From Marsupella aquatica (taxonomy: Eukaryota; Plantae; Marchantiophyta): a stretch of 64,000 bases of DNA. Positions within the stretch are counted from its first letter, which is position 1. Every line of letters starts with the position of its first letter. A program made the position numbers and the translations under genes. The stretch is from the NCBI GenBank assembly GCA_973895155.1, contig OZ316897.1, positions 18,925,111-18,989,110 of the forward strand, in the 5' to 3' direction. Positions 25,301 to 36,809 of the stretch are shown piece by piece. The notes under the pieces were generated by a model. The model made no database searches, was not told where the DNA came from, and saw only the letters and a list, made by a program, of their open reading frames with translations.

Positions 25301-26914
25301 AAGCTCGCCTAGTGGCGAAGGGCTATACCCAGATCCCCGACCGGGACTTCGACCAAACGTACTCACCAGTCATGGATTCAATCACCTACAGATATCTTAT
25401 CACATTTGCATTACAGAAGAAACTAGTCATGCATATACTTGATGTGATCACAGCCTATCTCTATGGTGTTCTGGACACCGTCCACCATATACATGAAGGC
25501 ACCCCCGGAACTGATACAGAGATTAAAGTTCCACATTGAGGGGGAGAAAACTGGTACTAAAACCACAGGTCTACAACCTGGCGCACAGAAAATCCGCCCT
25601 GTAGGGGATTCCAATGCAATGACAAAGAAATCAGGACCTCCTGTCCCAAGACAGCACGACGTGCTTCACACACCTGAACAGAGGCATCTAATTTCCTCAC
25701 TGCCTCAGTCTGCTACACAGACGACTAAAAGAAAACCAGACCTTGCCGTCCAAGTGCTTCGGTCTATGTACGGCCTGAAGCAAAGTGGACGCAACTAGTA
25801 TCAACGGTTCAAAACTGAAATGCTCACATTGGATTTCGTCAACAACGACATTGCGCCCTGCTTATTTATTAAACAGGAACGAACCGAGTTCGTGATCATC
25901 ACAATATATGTAGACGACATCAGCATTTTCAGCACACCAACCATCACAACAAAAACCATTGACATCCTGAAGCAGACCTTCGAGATGAGGGACATCGGAG
26001 CTCCCACTTATTGTTTAGGCCTGCAATTCAACTACTTACCAAACGGAATCCTCATCAACCAATCAACATATACAAAAAAGGTCCTACGACAATTCAACAT
26101 GGATTCTTGTCACCCGGCGAGCACCCCGATGGATCTAAGATTGTTAGACGCCAAGAAAGACACATTCAGAAGATGCACAGAAGCAGAACCGACATTAGGA
26201 CCAGAGAAGCCCTACTTATCGGCCATTGGTGCACTCATGTACCTCGCCACATAGTCTCGCCCCGACATCTCCTTCGCCGTAAACCTACTGGCCCGCCACA
26301 GTGCAACACCCACAATCCGCCACTGGAACGGCATCAAGCGTATCTTCCGCTACCTTCACGGCACCACCGACATGGGGCTGTTCTTCTCCAAGAAATCAGC
26401 AAATACACTGGCTGGATACGCTGACGCCAGGTATCTCTCAGACCCTGATGACTCGAAGTCCCAAACCGGGTATGTATTCCTCCAAGGGGGCACGGCATTA
26501 TCATGGCAAAGCTGCAAACAAACACTTACAGCAACGTCCTCCAACCATGCGGAGATAATAGCGCTGTACAAAGCTACAAGGGAGTGCATATGGCTCAGAC
26601 ATCTAATCAATCACATCTAGAAACACAGTGGCAGACAACTCATCGATAAACCAACGATCATCTATGAAGATAACCGCCCCTGCGTCGACCAAATCGCCAA
26701 AGGATTCATAAAAGGTGACCGCATTAAGCACATAGCCCCTAAATTCTTTTACACTCATGAGCAGCATGGCGAAAAAGTCGACGTGCAATGGATCCCGAGT
26801 AAAGATAAGAGAGCAGACTTATTCACTAAACCCCTTCCACCAGCGCTCCACCGCGAACACACACAGGGCATAGGAATGCGGAGTATGGCCACTATACTCA
26901 AAGAAATCGACTAA
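22307..26914 (+). pseudogene. Copia gag-pol polyprotein, disrupted
   Basis: Gag 'LQFKALAIDGANYLSW', zinc knuckle CFRCGTKGHLQRDC, degenerate protease 'IVNNGTSHSI', integrase 'LHADVWGP…RVDNAGEF…NGIAES', RT 'KARLVAKG…YGLKQSGR…YVDD' and RNase H 'GYADA…IYEDN'. Stops at 23522, 24617, 24878, 25796, 26252 and 26618, plus a frameshift at ~25480. Confidence 0.93.
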
Positions 26915-27371
26915 GACCCACCCCGGAACGATATCGATCACTTCCCCATCCACGACGACTCGAGCTTCCACGATCGATGCAGACAACGGGCAACTCCAAA
27001 GCTCCACCATCGACTACGTGACATCGCGATTCAAACCACGCCGAATTCCACTGCGACAACTACGGACGAGACGTGACACTCAATTAGAACATCGACCTTG
27101 ACTTAGGTCCTTCGTTGCTCTACAAACTCACTGTAGCACTCACGAGGAGTATACACTCCATATAACGAGTATTTTTTTTACTTTACATAGCGTACACCTT
27201 TTTTCAATGGCACCAACCATATCATAGTAGTGGCACTCTTTCCAGGAGTGAAGCCTGGTTTTAAGGAGACCATCCTAGTGTTGGGCCACACAAAAAGGAT
27301 TACAATTCTAGAGTTAGCTCCCTCACAATTGTGATTGTATGCAACATAGCCAGCATCCAACCAAGGGGGAG

Positions 27372-27552
27372 TGTTATAACGGATGACCTAACCCTAGTTA
27401 CCTAGCTTAACCCTAGTGTATAGGAGTTAAGGTAGTTACCATAACCGCCAACACTTGTACTATATATGGAGTGGTCTTTACTCCCTAACGTAATGAGAAG
27501 GTAGTGAGCTTGCTGGTGTATGAGTATCCAAGATTATGTTTGTTCCTTAATA
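27372..27552 (+). repeat. 3' LTR
   Basis: Direct repeat of 21744-21924, preceded by a polypurine tract. Confidence 0.95.
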
Positions 27553-28869
27553 GTTTGGTGGACTTCTTTTTTTGAGGAACAAAGAGAATTCAATCGATCT
27601 CTCTTGCTTGAAGAAAGACCTTTGATCTCTCCATTTGAATGGCCCAAGGCACAAGGGGATACAAATGTTGAAGCTCATCTCGGAGCTGAACCTCTTACAA
27701 CTATATTGAATGAGGAAGAAATTGAAGAGAGAGTGTACGGTCCAACTAGAGAAACTTATGTTGGTCCATATCGAAATCAAGAAAAGATAGATGCAGAGAA
27801 GGAGAATATGGAAGGTGATTTTTCGGATTTGGAAATCAACACATTTATTTCTGTGGCCACAGAGAAGTCTGAATCATTTTGGGTGGCTAAAGTAGAAAAA
27901 ATTGTTCTTCGCGATGAGGCTCACATCCCAAAGATTATCTCAGTTTTGTGGCATGCTGCAAAGAAAGGATCCGACCCTTGGAAAGGAAAATATCTGCCAG
28001 AAGTGTTGAGTTACGAGAAGAAGAAAAGTGGACGAGGCAAGGGAACCTTGAAACCAGTTTGGTTTCGTCAAGACCTTGATCTGTCTTCAACTACGGTCTT
28101 TGCATATAATTTTATGCTAACAAGGTCTGATACTCTTTACAAGAAAACAATAGATCGTATTAAAATACGACTCTCAGAATTTCTCAAGGAGGAGAAAGAC
28201 CAAGAAGGTGAAGGTAGCATAGTTAGAAATTATGAACAAGAAACTTCAATGGAAGTTCCTCTAGAAATGAATGGTAGGAATTGAGATTTACCAATCTTAG
28301 CAATTTTGTCAAACAAGAGTATTTGCAATTTATTATTGTTTGAGTTGGTGGCAAACCATAAATGTTGTGAATGATGAATTCATGAATTCATGAATCATAT
28401 TGAAAGAAGTTTGACATTTTGAGAATGTCCATCTTGTGGGCAGTCTTGTTTGAGAAATTCAGAAAACAAAATATTAACTAAAAGAGGTACCTTCTAGAAT
28501 CCCATATATATTTGAAAGCTTTTGATATACTCGTCATTCCCTTTGTGTGAATGATGGTTTTTCTTGGTAAATGAACCCTAGGATCCTACAAATTGCAAAA
28601 TAATTCGGAAATCTTGACCCTCTTTTGAAAACTTTACATATTTGGGATGTCAATGAACTTTAGGGTGGTATTTCAAGGGTGAATTTGTTATTGAGCCGAT
28701 TGAATGTGTGCGAGTAATAAAGTGCAACATTGAAATATGTGGTATTTGCTTATTAAATGTTTCCCACAACCAGTTTTGTGATTTTGAGTAGTCAAAATGA
28801 TGCCCTATTTTGTGTTTTTTTGCAAGTTTTGAGTTCTTGCCAAAAAAAGAGCTTGTTTTTAGAAACCTG

Positions 28870-29520
28870 GAATTGCTGCCAACTTGGCTACCATCTTACC
28901 AGGTCAACACATTTACAAATTTATGGAGGCACAAAGAAATAGCTGCTTAAGTGGGATTTTTAAAATTTGAACCTACTGTAGACACTGAAAAGTCGGATAC
29001 ATAACTGCCCCTGATTGATTGGTGCAATAACATCTTGTCCCCACCCCAAGAAAACATGGAATCTAAATTGTGGGCCGAACAACTTGTACCACTTTAGCAA
29101 AGCACAGGGCCACAAAAGGGTTTAGGGAGACAAGTGTTTGGAACTTGCTGCCCACTTGACTAGTACCATCTTACCAGGTCAACACATTTACAAATTTATG
29201 CATGCACAAATAAGGTTTTGGGTTGGACCTTTTTGTTTTTGTCTAAATGTATCCACTGAAAAGTCAATGTTCACACCAGGATGCTGAGAATCTATTTAAG
29301 ATTTATATTAAAAATATCATTGTTTAGGTTTGGTTTTATGAGAATAACTAGAATTACTAGGTCAACACGTTGATGCATGCACAAATAAATATTTGCTTGG
29401 ATTTTGCAGTGCTTTCATGAACTTATGGGCTCCGCGACAAATTCAGTTACTTGGGTACCATCTCACTAGGTCAACGCAATATCTGCATGCACAAAAAAAT
29501 GTTTGCTTGGATACTATTAA
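28870..29520. repeat. Degenerate repeats (ccatcttaccaggtcaacacatttacaaatttatg…cacaaa…tttgcttgg)
   Basis: The core recurs at ~28890, ~29165, ~29355 and ~29457. A similar 'cacaaatatttgcttgg' lies at ~13062. Confidence 0.7.
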
Positions 29521-30040
29521 AATGTTTTATAAAAATGCGTTTTATGAAAACGACAAGAATGCCAAACCGGGAGAAACGATCTCACACAGCAAAGAAAATC
29601 CAATAAAGAAGAAAAAGGGAAGACCAAGAGGAGACCCGAGAAGACCAGAGGCATCCAAAAGCCAACGAATCCTCCACAACAACTACAGTAAAAGTACACA
29701 AAGGACCCCAACAACTTATACCCTATCGTTGGGACAACTTAAGAAAACTTGGGAAAACTTTTTGTTTGGGACGTACCAGGCCCACAAATTCAGGGGCACT
29801 GTCTCCCATGCAGATTCACCAACATCAACACTCCGCGTTTTTTGACTTAAGTTCTCTCCACTATAGTAATTTATCCCACGTACAATCATACACAACCCAG
29901 CGATTACACTTGATTATTGAGGCATTTGGGCCCTTCACGAGCTTTCACAGAACATGGACGGTCTTGGTCAAAGGATAGGACAAGAAAATGGACTGTTGAG
30001 TCAAAGGGTTAGCAATTAAGTCCTCGACTGAGTCCTCATC
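29520..30040 (-). mobile_element. Possible decayed 3' fragment of a LINE
   Basis: A stop-interrupted Trp-rich frame (NRWVVYDCTWDKLL*WRELK) is followed by a T-rich, UTR-like tract on the minus strand. Weak resemblance only. Confidence 0.25.
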
Positions 30041-30054
30041 AGAATTCGCTGGAC

Positions 30055-30316
30055 CAGTGTATTTTTAAGTTTTCTTATTTTTAGAGAGTGGCGAATTTTT
30101 GCTTCTCTAAGGGAGTAGATTCTAAAAACATTCTATCACATGTAACTGAATTAAATTGTGACCGTCAGATATCCTTAGATTTAAGGAGGACCATTAGATT
30201 CTGGCTAATGGGATCCATGATTTGGTGGAAGAGTGGCTAATGGTGTCAGAAAAATGTGGCGAAAGTTTTTTGGGGAAGTGGAATTTGGCTAAAATTCGCA
30301 TTTAAAAAATACGCTG
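30055..30316. mobile_element. hAT-type MITE, 262 bp
   Basis: TIRs are cagtgtattttt… / …aaaaatacgctg, with a perfect 8-bp TSD cgctggac at 30047-30054 and 30317-30324. Confidence 0.88.
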
Positions 30317-32913
30317 CGCTGGACTCCACTGCATTTGGACCGCTTAGCTTTCTACAGATGCCCAATAATTGGTCACAGGAGGTCTTTGGTGAGTCGATGA
30401 GGAAGGTCCACTTTTAATTTCATTCCAATAGTTCTTGCCCATACCAATATAATGCTGTCCAATAAGAGTTATGAGAATTCCCTTAAAAATTGTGGACACT
30501 GATATTACATGGAAGGTGCTTGGCCATACCAATATATTGTTTTACCATGAAAGTTGTGGACGTTGATCTTTGGCAAATAGGGCTTGGCCTTACCCAATAC
30601 AATGTTTTCCCATAAGTGTTATGGGATCTTGTCTCCAAGGTGGAGATTTCTGTTATTTGATACCCCTTAGCTTTCAATATAGTGATGGTCAATTGGTCTT
30701 TGATAAGTCTCTGAGAAGAACCAGGCACACAAATATATTGGCTGGCAGTGTGGCAGATAATGTCCGTCTTTTCTCTTATTCACCTGGGCTGTCTCATTGT
30801 CAATTCCATTAGGGCGTCTCAAATGCTAAAATACACGGGCTTTGAGTTGGGCCTAGACTTTGCAGTGCGGGATGCAGACTTAAAACGTCAGTACGCTGAG
30901 TTGGCGACCACACTTTTTCCTGGGCCTTTTTGCCCATGGAAGGCCGACTCACTACAAGCCCTATCAAAGTTTACCACCCTTGGTTACTTGTGCCTAAAAC
31001 CCACGTCCTGGCTGTAGTTCCGGCCATGATGTTTTCTGGTCTGTAGCCTGGGTCTATGAATGAGAAGTACAAAGATTGAGATGTTCTATTAGGGCATTCT
31101 CAAACTTTGAAGCTGTGAAAAAAAATGACACCCAAAAGTATTGGTTTGGTCACGTCAGGAGTGTGTGGACACGGATTTTTGTGTCCGCCACTTTTTTCTT
31201 GGGAATTCCTTGCCGACCGCAACCGGAGGCAGAAACACAAGGTTTGAGACACCTGGTTACTACAGCTCCTTTGAGAAGGAAACTCACTGATACAGACGAA
31301 CCTCTGTTGTCAAAAGAATAGTTACAGAAACTAACTGGCTGGGGTCAGTTGGCCAGGGGATGAACTTACCTAAAACCGAGAGCTGAGAGGCCCCAGGTTA
31401 ATTCAATCCCCCCTCCACATACAAGGGTTGTGGATGGTGAGTATGTGTGTGGGTGGGTGTAGTGGTGAGAGTACCTGTTTCTTTTGAGCCCTGGCTAGGC
31501 AGCTTTGGGCTCTGGTCCAACCCTCTGTCCCTCCTGGTCCTGGGTATGACCCCCCATACCCACCTTGTGGGCTACCCTACATAGGTGCATGCATGAGTTA
31601 TTATCTATCCTCTATTGGATTAGTCAGCTTTCGCTTTTCAAGGCACAAAAAAACAGTTCCAGGTGCAGGTGAATCAAATTCAGCATGTACCTCCACTGTA
31701 GCAAATTCCAGCTTTTGATTATCTTAGAGAGCTCCAAAAAGAATGGTTTGTGTGCGAGTAGGCTATGGAGTCTCTACCACCAACCCACTGCTGAAACCGA
31801 GTGATTCCTCTATAGTGATAATCCCATCCCTGGAGTTGCCGACAATCTGTGCCATTCCTCCAGAGGACGCTAGAGTATAGGACCAACCTTACAATAGCAT
31901 CAAACTCGTGCGCATAATTCTGTCAGCTGACTCTAAAGTCCGCGGCCTTCGGATTGCAACAACGGAAAGGGCAGTCACCTTTTGGGAACTGTACCTACCC
32001 AGGAAGAAGGAATAAAGAAGTAAGATTCCCTGAAAAGGCTAAGGAATCTGAGTTCTGGTGCCTTCCAGGGAAATTCCGATCAGCAGCGACTGCCATTGAC
32101 CGTGTTTTGTGACTTTATGTCACGAAAGAAGCCGTCCGAGGAAAGAGAAGTGAATCGACTTTGTCAAAGTTTCCAGGGGAGAGCATGAATTGACTTGATT
32201 GTAGAATTCAGGGCAGAGAGGACAACGGTCCAAACTCAGGGCAGAGGACCAGTGAAACACGGTCCTTGAAATTGAACGTCGAGAACCAGGAGGAGGCATT
32301 AAGAGAAGGGAGTTGAGTTGAGTGGAGTTGAGTTGAGTTGAGTGGAGTTGAAGTACACGGATTGCGAGTAAGGGTGTGGAATTGAAAGAGAGTAAAAGAG
32401 ATGAAGGAAAAGGGAGATGGGATCACGTGTGCATGTCTGCATTGTGACATTGTGTTGCTGTTGATCGCTCAGGAACTCGACCTGCGATTTTCACTTTTCA
32501 ATCACTTTTGCCAGGTAGTTTCGGATAATCACGTAAACGCGCACAGCTAGAGAGGGAGAGAGACGATCCAATTTGCCTTACTTTCTCTTCAACCATGCAC
32601 ATCCACAGATTAGTCGGCGAGAGACGATCCGCACATAGACATTGTATGACGGGCGCATGCTCCACCACGGTCTTGTCCGGCTGGATGCCTTGCCCAGAAT
32701 TACATCATAATTTTGGATACAGCTGAATTCTTGCAATCTATCTACCAGTAAGGAGGTATACCTGGACTGAGAGGGAAGATAGCATGAATGGGTTTCGGCA
32801 GCAGGTGAAGGTGTTCGTAGGAGAAGCTTTTGTCATTGCACGAGTACTATGAGACACCGCAACCTTGTTACTAATTCACATACAAGCAACGATTGCGCAA
32901 GAGAAGGGTAGCA

Positions 32914-35900
32914 ATGTGTCGTTCGGGACTAGGGACGGGTGGCAGGCCTTCTCCTGCCTGTCGCAGATTCTTGCCAAGGGATCCGTGGAGGTCCTTGGAC
33001 AGGTGCTCTGGTTTCGTTGCGGTGATTGTTCTCCTTGTGCTGTTCCGCGGAAGTATTGTATCTGTTGCAGGCTTGTCCTCGGATGGACTGGCCCTGATGG
33101 AGTTGAAGCAAGGGTTGGTGGATCCGGCAGGACTTCTCGATCGCTGGATGCTCACGGATGCCACGCCTTGCGCTCGTTGGTATGGTGTGTCTTGTCTTGC
33201 TGATGGGCTGACGGTGCATACTCTGAACCTCACAGGGGCCAATCTCTCGGGAACACTGTCTCCAAGCCTTGGCAGGCTGCCCGGCTTGGTGAATTTGGAC
33301 CTACACAGCAACAATTTCAGTGGTTCAATTCCCGCCGAGCTTGGGAATTGCTCGCAGCTGGCCTATCTGGACGTGGGGGAGAACCCGCTGACAGGAACCA
33401 TTCCAGGAGAACTGGGCAATCTGGTTCAGCTGTTGCATTTAAGAGTATATCAAACCCAAGTTGGTGGCAAAATACCAGACGAGCTTGGTAATATGACACG
33501 TCTTCAAACAATGATTCTCTACAACAACTCGCTCAATGGCACAATTCCGGACTCTCTAGGAAATTTGCAAGATGTGTCCGAGATCTGGATGACGAGCAAT
33601 CTCCTCTCGGGGAATGTACCTTCTTCGTTGGGCAATTGTAGGAATCTTAGCTTCCTGAGGCTGAACTTGAACAATTTGGAAGGAATCATACCCACCACGC
33701 TGGGAATGCTCAAAAACTTGGCCTATCTTCATCTGGCATATAATAACCTAGAAGGTTTGGTGCCTGCGGAGCTCGCTAACTGCAGCATGCTCCGTTACTT
33801 GTATCTCAACAACAACTATCTGGCTGGCAGCATACCACCTGAATTGGGCACGATTTTCGGGCTGCTGCAATTGTGGCTGTCATACAACAATCTCATCGGC
33901 GAGATTCCACCGTCCATTGGAAATATGACAAGCCTCTTGCTCTTGAATTTAGGCGAAAATCAGCTCACTGGTGGCTTACCTTCGACCATCGGGGCCCTTC
34001 AGCAATTGGAACGGATATATCTTTACACCAATCACCTTGATGGCGTCATTCCTCCAGAGATTGGCAACTGCACAAGTCTTCAACTCTTTGTAGCCACTGA
34101 TAATTATTTAGCTGGTTTTCTTCCGTCTGAGTTGGGGCAATTGCAACATCTGCAACAGCTATGGTTGTGGAACAATACATTGACGGGCCCGATCCCCTCG
34201 GAAATTGGAAATTGTAGCAGCCTTCGTTTCTTGCAGCTGTACCAGAACAGCTTGAACGGAAGCATTCCTAATGGAATTGCTTTTCTTCCGATTGAAGAGA
34301 TGGGTCTGTATAGTAATCAGCTTACAGGGGTTATCCCACCGGAGCTTGGTTTACACGGCAACCTTTCTCTCTTGGATCTCAGTGGCAATCAACTGTCGGG
34401 CCCAATTCCCGTTGGACTTTGCAATGCTTCAATGTTGGTGAAGCTCATATTACGCGGAAATTTGCTTGAAGGCGGAATTCCGGTAGAGATCGCCAGCTGT
34501 CCTACAATGCTTCGGCTTCGTCTCAGTTCCAACAAACTAACGGGAAACATACCAAAAGAGTTCGGTCACAACCCCCACATCTACTACTTGGAGCTGGGCG
34601 ACAACTCATTGAAAGGTAGTATTCCTCCTGAGCTGGGAGGCTGCACCAATTTGACCACACTTCTTCTGTACGGCAATCAGCTAACAGGTCCCATACCCAC
34701 CGAGCTTGGCTTGTTACCACTTCTGGAGACTTTGGACCTTTCCTCCAACAAGCTGAGCTACAACGTACCTCCTTCGCTCCCCAACGCGACTTCAATTTTC
34801 GCGTTGGATTTGAGCCACAACTCTCTGAACGGCTCTCTCCCTATGGAGATCTTTCACTGGACGTTGCTTGAAAACTTTAACCTGGAGGACAATCAACTGT
34901 CTGGTCAGCTCCCCGATTCCTGGGGATCCTTGCCGAAACTTGTTTCTCTTCACCTGGGAGGGAACGAATTTTCAAGTGAGATCCCCAGCTCTCTGGGCCA
35001 GCTTAGTACTCTACAAACGATCCTTGATCTCAGTAGAAACAAGTTCACGGGAGGAATTCCTCCCCAACTCGGCAACCTGAAAGAGCTACAGAGCCTGGAT
35101 TTGTCAGACAATGATCTCTCTGGGCCGATTCCTGCAGCGCTGGAAAATATGGTGTCTTTGATCCAAGTGAACCTGTCCTACAACAACTTTGTGGGTGCCT
35201 TGCCGCCGGGGTCACCATGGCAGGACCTCGGGAGAAATCCCACTTCTTTTCTGGGCAACCCGAATCTTTGCCTAGGTAGTACTTGCGCATTGGCTCCTTC
35301 AAGCCACAAGAAGGGGGCCTCCGCCGGGGTCGTTGCGGGAATTGCCGTGGGAGCCTGCATTGCAGTTTTGGCACTGGTTGTGATGGCGATTCTGACCATC
35401 GTCTGCTCCCGTCAGAAGAGGAGGAGCAGTGAGGACGAGGAACCGGAGTCCTTGCTGGAGATATGGTCTACAGACTTCAAGAGTCTCTCGGTGGAGACTC
35501 TCATGGCAGCTACGAACAATCTTAGTAAAAATAACATCATCAAAAAGGGGCAAAATAGCACTGTGTACAAAGCCATGCTACCCGAAGGATCCATTTTGGT
35601 GATCAAATCATTGCAAGACGATGCGGAGATGGAAGAAAGCTCCGAAAAAGCTTTCAGAACGGAGATAGAAACGCTGGGCAAGGTAAAGCATCGGAATTTA
35701 GTGAAATTGATTGGGTTCTGCAAGTTGAAGCAGCTGAGGCTGATACTTCTAGAGTTTGTTCCAAATGGAAGTTTGAGCGATGCCTTGCATCACAGCAAGG
35801 GGAAGTCCCTGGGAGATTGGCAATCCAGATATCGGGTGGCACTGGGGACAGCCGAAGCTTTGGAGTACCTACACCATGGATGCAACCCACCGATCCTACA

Positions 35901-36809
35901 TCGTGACATAAAGTCATCTAATGTGCTCGTTGACGAAAATTTTGAGGCCAAGGTTGCCGATTTCGGTGTTGCGAAGCTACGTGACATCACCGAACCGAGT
36001 ACTATTGCATCCCATGTTGTGGGAACTTATGGCTACATTGCTCCTGGTTGGTACCTTCTTTTTCTCCACCCGCCGAAATGGTAGACACGGTTTGTCAGCA
36101 TTGCGTCCCCTGTCATTAGAAAGGACAAATTAGATATCTTCTTCATTTCACTTGTCCTAGCAAGCACTCAGCCAACAAAACTGTTCCTTCGCGAGCCACG
36201 GCAGCAGTGGCATACCTTGCTTTCAAGCTGCTCAAGTCGCGATGTCCCTAAACTGCAAGTAGAACATCTTCCCTTTTTGACACATTTTCTCACTATTCGT
36301 CCCCTTCGTCACACTTACTCTCGCTAAACCTCCCTTTAGACAACTAAACTGCAAATACAAATTACTGATCTGACTAGTCGTTGATATGTACAGAGTATGG
36401 CTATACCATGAACATCAGCGAGAAGGTGGACGTCTACGGCTATGGAGTAGTTCTTCTAGAGCTCCTCACAGGGAAGACCTCGTTAGATCGTACATTTCCT
36501 GAAGGAATGGATCTTCCAAACTGGGTGTTCGCCAAGATTACTGAAGGCCAAACGATGGAGCTGCTACTGGACAGTCGGCTGCTAACAAATGGGAATGACA
36601 ATGTACTGACCGAGATGCTCCTAGTACTGAGGGTTGCTCTGTTCTGCGTGAACAAAAATCCTGCAGCACGGCCCACTATGAGAGAGGTTGTAGAAATGCT
36701 AGTGCAGGCCAAGTCTGGCCACAAAAGCAAAATAGAAGAGAAAGAATCTCTCGGTGAGGAAAATGTCGACCGCCTCGTTCTGCAAACGCAACTGGAATTT
36801 TTCCGATAG
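32914..36809 (+). CDS. LRR receptor-like Ser/Thr kinase (LRR-XI-like); exons 32914-36046 and 36394-36809
   Basis: Hydrophobic signal segment, LRRNT 'DGLALMELKQGL…W…C.RWYGVSC', more than 20 plant LRRs, 'GNPNLC', a TM helix and a kinase domain (HRDIKSSN, DFG). The conserved intron splits GYIAP|EY (GT 36047, AG 36393). Confidence 0.95.
36144..36249 (+). repeat. Dispersed repeat of ~105 bp; second copy at ~49386-49496
   Basis: 'catttcacttgtcctagcaagcactcagccaacaaa…gatgtccct' is near-identical at both sites. Confidence 0.9.

Larger units (their letters stand above)
21744..27552 (+). mobile_element. Full-length Ty1/copia LTR retrotransposon, Bianca-like lineage
   Basis: The 181-bp LTRs (21744-21924, 27372-27552) differ at 2 positions and have TG…TA ends. 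The 5-bp TSD is GTTTG (21739-21743, 27553-27557). PBS cgttatcagcacga is at 21925 and PPT aagggggag precedes the 3' LTR. Domain order is gag-PR-INT-RT-RH. Confidence 0.95.
19001..28284 (+). pseudogene. Sola-like (DUF7869-type) DDD transposase, split by the copia insertion and inactivated
   Basis: Cys-rich 'CCQRHC…VCRKAF…C' and 'CADCEE' precede the catalytic core 'IDGMDQ…YLQLDNTSRENKN…FLLVGHTHDQIDQMFSR'. There is an intron at 20591-20723, frameshifts at ~19910 and ~20775, and stops at 21355 and 21601. Removing the copia element and one TSD restores 'FSEEEVVW|WTSFFEEQ' into the 27520-28284 ORF. Confidence 0.8.
14000..28840. mobile_element. Large decayed two-gene DNA transposon (Sola/DUF7869-like transposase plus ParB-methyltransferase cargo); termini not resolved
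   Basis: The two genes are divergent and show the same type of decay. A palindrome recurs from 14697 to 28394, and there is a 14-bp inverted match (ctcaaaacttgcaa 14017-14030 / ttgcaagttttgag 28820-28833). No clear TIR or TSD was found by eye. Confidence 0.6.

Noticed and set aside
22307-26914. Stops repaired by U-to-C editing or programmed read-through
   Set aside because: Plant U-to-C editing is organellar, and a frameshift is also present. Ordinary decay explains the stops.
27520-27552. ATG start of an independent 254-aa gene
   Set aside because: The first codons lie within the 3' LTR, and the rest is the severed transposase C-terminus.
31410-31655. SINE-like element ending in an A-tract
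   Set aside because: No convincing pol III A/B boxes, TSD or clear second copy in the window.
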